58,202 nucleotides of DNA from Octopus bimaculoides (taxonomy: Eukaryota): the NCBI RefSeq assembly GCF_001194135.2, contig NC_068982.1, positions 28,500,781-28,558,982 on the forward strand, read 5' to 3'. How positions within the stretch are numbered: the stretch's first letter is position 1; the number at the start of each line of letters is the position of its first letter. Positions 52,545-58,202 of the stretch are shown here, one piece after another. The notes under the pieces are model-generated. The model worked only from the letters and a program-made list of their open reading frames with translations, did no database searches and was not told the DNA's origin. A program made the translations under genes and the position numbers.

Positions 52545-52753
52545 ATGTATGTATGTATGTATGTATGTATGTATGTATGTATGTATGTATGTATATGTGT
52601 GTGTGTATGAATGTTGCGTCTGTATGTATATGTGTACATGTATATGTGTCTGTGCATATTTAGTGACTATAACTACTCCCGTATCACGATGGCAGGTATT
52701 TGGACCAAGAAGCCATTAGAGGACACTACAATAGATTTTGAAGCCTAAAATAC

Positions 52754-52784
<31 letters not shown>

Positions 52785-53764
52785 GCATATAGCACTCGAT
52801 GTACGATGTAACAGCACTCTGTCTTTTTCTCAGAAAAGTGATACCAAACATTTCAATGCCTGAGAAGAGGTATTACTCCGTTTATTCTGTTCCTGATTCG
52901 TTTGGAGGTGTTTATTATATATTTCTCACTCAAACATTGACTGCAGTGTTTGGGTCAGTACATACGCTGCCCAAAAGGAAACCTTGACAAATTTGGAAAA
53001 TGTGTAAGATAACTCTCTCTCTCTCTCGCTCACACACACACACACGTCTGCTTGTGTTCATGGTGGAAATTAGCGTAAAAGTTTGATGTACCTAATTAGC
53101 GCTATGTTAGAAGACACGTGTTCAACTTAACACAATGGTACCAAACTTGGAGTGACATGGTTGCACAAATGTTTCAGCCCTTGTCAAAAGTGCGTTCTTT
53201 TAAACTCATGTTTCTTTTTTTACATTTGATCTTCTTCGATAAATCTGGAAAATGATGAATACCTTATAATCTTATCTATTTTCCACAAACCAAGTAGTGG
53301 GTCATAAAATTCGGTACTGGGAACCTAGTCAATCAGTACAACACTGATGCTTATTTCATTAAAGCTGGAAGGCTGAAGCATAACCGACTTCTGCGAACTT
53401 TGAACTTGGAATACAAATATTTCAAGGTATTTTATCTGAGGTTCTTGCATAATGTGCCATTTGACCACAGTATATTTTATTTTTCCTTGAGGCACAAAAC
53501 GGCAATTAGTCGATACCACCGATCCAATTCTTGATTGGTATTGTATTTAATCAATATTGAAAGAATGAAAGACATGGTAGGATTTGTATTGAGAATGTAA
53601 ACAGTTGGAACAAATACCGCAAAAGCAACTTTTTCGACGCTCTAATAATTTTGCCAGTAAGTTTCTAACAATGGACAACAGTATCTTGGTTTCACATTAT
53701 GTCACAAGGTCAGTAAGTGGGTAAGTCAATTACAAAATGTGAATACAGAGAAAATGTTGTTAAA

Positions 53765-54230
53765 CATTTTACCAGGCTCACCGCCTAAATCGATCACTAT
53801 ATAGATTTCAAATTTTTGCACAAGGACAGAAATGTTGAGAAGGGAGGGTGTAAGTCAATTACATTGACCCCAGTACTTGACTAGTGCTTATTTTATCAAG
53901 CTCGAGAGGATGAAAGACAAAGTCGACCTTGGCGGAATTTGAACTCATATGGTAAAGACGGACGAAATGCAGCTAAGCATTTTTCCAGGCTCGCCGCCTT
54001 GATCGACCACCTTATATTGGTTTCAACTTTTGGCACAAGGCCAGCGATTTTGGAGAGGGAGCGTACGTCGATTACATTACCACTAGTACTCGACTGATAT
54101 TTATTTTATCGAGCTCGAGAGGATGGAAGGCAAAGTCTACATTGGCGGAATTTGAACTCAGAACATAAAGACGGACGAAATGTTGCTAAGTATTTTGCTC
54201 GGTTCATCGCCTTTATCGACCGTTGTATAT
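53765..54230 (-). repeat. Tandem ~240-bp SINE-A-derived units (two plus a partial)
   Basis: Both units share gctcgagaggatg and cgcctt.atcgacc. Confidence 0.85.
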
Positions 54231-54820
54231 TAAAGAACAAATTTATATATATATACAAAAAAAAAGGCAGACAGCTGATTCATTAATCCTATATCAGTTC
54301 GTGCTTGATATTTGTAAAGTCTAGAAAGCGCTTGTTGTTGTTGAGAAACACAAAATGTATTACCTGGTTAGTTTATAAGTTTGGGAGGAAAAAGAGCTGT
54401 TGTTAACGAGTTGTTAATTTTTTACCGGACGAGATGAAATTGATTCTATTAGCGTTGCGGAAGTCTGAGATAAATATCTAATTTATGAAGTGAAGTATTG
54501 CAGCTTAGATAATGATTTCACCATACTTCAGCTTTTCTTTCAGAAGTGTAGTTTAATTCGGAGCCAGCGATTAAAAATATCATGATGTTATAGAGAATAA
54601 ATTTAGCATTTAATTCGCGTATTTTGAGTTTGTTTTGTTCTTGTAAAACAATAAATCGATTTCATAATTTACGCGCTTTTAAAACTATTTCCCTATAATA
54701 TTTTGCTTCTATTTGTGTTATATATTCAACACAACGTCAATTAAGAGCGCACGAAGCTGATGCCAACGCAAATCACGAAAGCAGTTACATTTATCAGAAT
54801 TTCAGAAACTTATCTTTATA

Positions 54821-54881
<61 letters not shown>

Positions 54882-54900
54882 GCTACTACTACTACTACTA

Positions 54901-55088
54901 CATTTTGGGGGAGCGGGGCTAGTTGATTACATCGACCCAGTGCGTAACTGGTACTTATTTCGTCGAACCGAAAGGATGACAGGCAAAGTCAACCTCGGCA
55001 GAATTTGAACTCACAGCGTAGCAGCAGGCTAAATACCACTAAGCACTTCAACTCGGGCGTGCTAACGATATTGTCATTTCGCCGCCTT
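54901..55088 (-). mobile_element. SINE family A
   Basis: gattacatcgacccagtgcgtaactggtactt...gtgctaacgat...gccgcctt. Confidence 0.85.
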
Positions 55089-55092
55089 AATG

Positions 55093-55207
<115 letters not shown>

Positions 55208-55245
55208 TAATAATAATAATAATATTAATAATAATAATAATAGTA

Positions 55246-55290
<45 letters not shown>

Positions 55291-55293
55291 GTA

Positions 55294-55339
<46 letters not shown>

Positions 55340-55343
<4 letters not shown>

Positions 55344-55690
55344 CTATTGGCCATAAAAGTTGCAAAAACATTTAGGACAATAAAAAGCAAAGAAGAGTGG
55401 GGATTTACGTAAGACCGTGTAAACAACAAAAACAATAGCAGTTAACAATAAAATTCTAACCAAAATCCCCAAAAGGCAAAGAAATGCTACCCAGGGGCAA
55501 TCAAAGAATCCCACAAATCCCGAGCCTCTTGCTCACTAGGAGTACGATGGCAAGTGTTCCTCCCTCCTCCGTACAGACCGCCAGCTTAAAGTAGGCCCAT
55601 TCATTCTGATCATCCTTGCCAAATTCTCCCCTCTCTCAGCAAATTTATTAGGATTGGCGGAGCAATACCTCCCTTCGATTCCATAGCTCT
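55340..55690 (-). mobile_element. Possible L1/Tx1-like LINE 3' end running into the AAT/ATT tract
   Basis: Frameshifted minus-strand pieces ..EVLLRQS / NKFAERGENLARMIRMNGPTLS recall L1/Tx1 C-termini; weak. Confidence 0.35.
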
Positions 55691-56648
55691 AAACTCCGTT
55701 CTCACATCAATATCTACAAGCATATCTACAAGGAGCATTACTTTTGTGTTTCATTACATCCTTTGCTTAATACCAGTAAAAACAAAATCATAGAAAAGAG
55801 GCTGCTTGGAGACTAGCGACGTTCAAGTAACAGTATAACAAGGCAGTTTTTAATAACTCCTGTACACCTCTGTATACCAACTCACAAAATGTTCAGCTAG
55901 ATTCCCTTGCTGATTATATAAGCAAAAGCAAAATTATCACAAGAAATTCTTTTAGACTTCGAATAGCTAAAGTCTAAATCTAAACTAACAGCAAAAAAGG
56001 ACGTTGTGATGGAACACAAAGCAACTAATGAGAACAAACGTAAAAGTATGCCTTTAAATTGCAAATTTCAGTGCATTTGGAGCTTTATTTGTAAATATGA
56101 TTCTGACTTGGATGTATAATTCCGGCCTGAATGTGGCTGCAATAGTAACAACACTCCCAGTATCCCAATAATATGCCATCGATATTAGAAGAAAGAAAAT
56201 CAATAGCGTAAATAACAAATAGTGCATATTTCGTGAAATAATGGACGATATTGTATAAGTATGACCCATACTAACTCCAACAAAACATATATTTTTTGTA
56301 TTTTAATGCTAAGGGAATTAACTCTGAGCGAAGCATTGCGGTAACATTGATGTTTCGCTGCTATCATGACATCCAAGGTTATTTTTTATTTAAGTATAAA
56401 TTTGAAAGTTGAGTCAACGGATGGCAGTTCCAGCTCGATGAAATATCCAAACGGTTTAAATACACTAATTTCTGATAGCCAGGTGGCTAAAAAGTGTCAG
56501 CCGAATGGCAGCCAGAAGTCATGATCTGGATGCGACCAGGCTTATCTTAGAGTATAAGAATTTCAGGGCCGAAACAGTTATGTGAGTAGGGTTTCTTCTC
56601 TGAAGAACTTCTGCAGTTCAGCTCCTTTGAGAGATTCTTGCCACTATA

Positions 56649-56900
56649 GGAGGCGTGTGGCTTAGTGGTTAGAATGCTGGACTCATGATCGTAAGATTGT
56701 GGTATCGATTCCTGGACTGGGCGATGCATTGTGCTCTTGAGCAAAACACTTCACGTTGCTCCATTCCACTCAGCGGGAAAAAATGAATAATGCTGTGACA
56801 GATCAGTGTCCCATCCAGAAAGGGAATATATACACCATGGGAACCAGGAAACTGGCCCTTGTGAGTCGGCACGACTCGAAAAGGTAACGTTACAATTTTT
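56649..56900 (+). mobile_element. SINE family D variant, full length
   Basis: ggaggcgtgtggcttagtggttagaatg...ggtatcgattcctgga...ttgtgctcttgagcaaaacacttcacgttgctcca. Confidence 0.85.
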
Positions 56901-57044
56901 ACCTGGGGAGGTACACTAACATTGTAACACTGTTCCACGTACGTCTAGATACCAAATTGCTAATACTTTTTGAAAAAAGAATCTTTCTCTCTCTTAGTAA
57001 ATGACGATAGAAAAATTCTAGCATAGAAGCAGAACACCATATAG

Positions 57045-57360
57045 CAAATAATAAACCTGAAATCATTCCCCATGAGAAAAAATGACAATTGCATAATTAT
57101 TAGCGACATAGAAATACCAACTGATTATAATGTTGTGTAGAGGTGAACTGTAAAACTAAGGAATTACTCCAACCTAGAAACAATTAAGGAATGTGTTTAT
57201 CATCCTATTTATAATTGGCACAATTGGAGGAATGCACTAACATTTATGTAAGGAGATTGTCAAATTACGAATAAGGCAAATTACTAATAATCACGTTCCA
57301 GAAGATATCAATACCAGGGTCAGTAAATGTTTGAAGGGCGTTTATTACATCTGAAGTTTT
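57045..57360 (+). mobile_element. Highly degenerate RLE-domain LINE fragment
   Basis: NKPEII...ISDIEIPTDYNVV...KLRNYSNL...FQKISIPGSVNV*RAFITS. Confidence 0.55.
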
Positions 57361-57617
57361 CGACAGCCGTGAACAAATACGTTAACCCTGATAACTTCAA
57401 TATATGTTATCTATGAAAAGTTCCTGTTAGACTTGGATATTTTAGGTCCCCATGAATATCTTTGTTAACCTCAAAGTTTCTCTGCGACTTCACCAATGTC
57501 TTTTTTTTTTTATAATTATTATCTACAAACGAAAATTCTTGATTTATTTCTCAATTTATAAATGACAACGATATTGATAACAACAACAAGAACAACGACA
57601 ACAACAACAACAACAAC

Positions 57618-57690
<73 letters not shown>

Positions 57691-57691
<1 letters not shown>

Positions 57692-58091
57692 ACAACTGAA
57701 AACATTTGAAAAACTGAGCAAATATAAGAACCTGGAGATTGAAATCAAAAGGATGTGGTATTTCAAAGCTACAACATTACCCATTATTATTAGAACACTT
57801 GGAATGATATCAAGAGGAGCAAACAAATTTGTAGACCAAATCTCTGACAGCCAAACATGAATGCATTACAAAAGAACATACGTATGGGTACCTCACATAG
57901 TACACATAAGATCCTCTCCATGTAAATTCAACTTTACTCACTCTGTTTTCTTTTTATCTTTTTCCCACAGACGTCATCGTTCTCAATGACATGAGATCTC
58001 GAGCATTAGCATCCTTAGATGCAAAACCTTGTTGTTCCTAGACTCCCTGGTTGAGACTTGGGTGCAACTCGTATAAATTAAAGATCAAAAC
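57691..58091 (+). mobile_element. 5'-truncated R4/Dong-like LINE between (AAT)n runs
   Basis: KTFEKLSKYKNLEIEIKRMWYFKATTLPIIIRTLGMISRG, related to the 44880-45380 copy; 3' UTR then (AAT)n. Confidence 0.88.
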
Positions 58092-58199
<108 letters not shown>

Positions 58200-58202
58200 G
58201 TC

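Noticed and set aside
56054-56269. ORF with a hydrophobic stretch (possible membrane anchor)
   Set aside because: Hydrophobicity follows from T-rich strand composition; no supporting splice signals or homology recognised.
57940-57975. Strong polypyrimidine-CAG acceptor
   Set aside because: Lies in the 3' UTR of a Dong-like LINE; no exon evidence.

Overview
Repeat-dense, AT-rich eukaryotic intergenic or intronic DNA from a gapped draft assembly, with N-runs nearly always bordered by microsatellites. The SINE families and simple-repeat load look like an octopod (Octopus) genome; this is inference from recalled repeat consensus, not a database result. No complete protein-coding gene, rRNA, true tRNA gene or CRISPR array is supported, and most listed ORFs are artefacts of microsatellites, gaps or SINEs. 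Four tRNA-headed SINE-like families are present (my labels A-D). LINE fragments include R4/Dong-type restriction-like-endonuclease (RLE) elements sitting in (AAT)n, RTE-like 3' ends and a CR1/L2-like 3' end. There is also a Penelope GIY-YIG remnant, a DD37D (maT) Tc1/mariner remnant, a MULE remnant, MITEs and a 307-bp solo LTR with a 5-bp TSD whose empty site survives in a nearby paralog. The two most interesting signals are (i) minimal hammerhead-ribozyme-like motifs with variant cores and (ii) a defined-end, non-coding ~540-bp element found twice inside (AAT)n among Dong-like LINEs, a candidate non-autonomous passenger of a microsatellite-targeting retrotransposon. Translations and alignments were done by eye, and fragment boundaries are approximate unless ends are stated.
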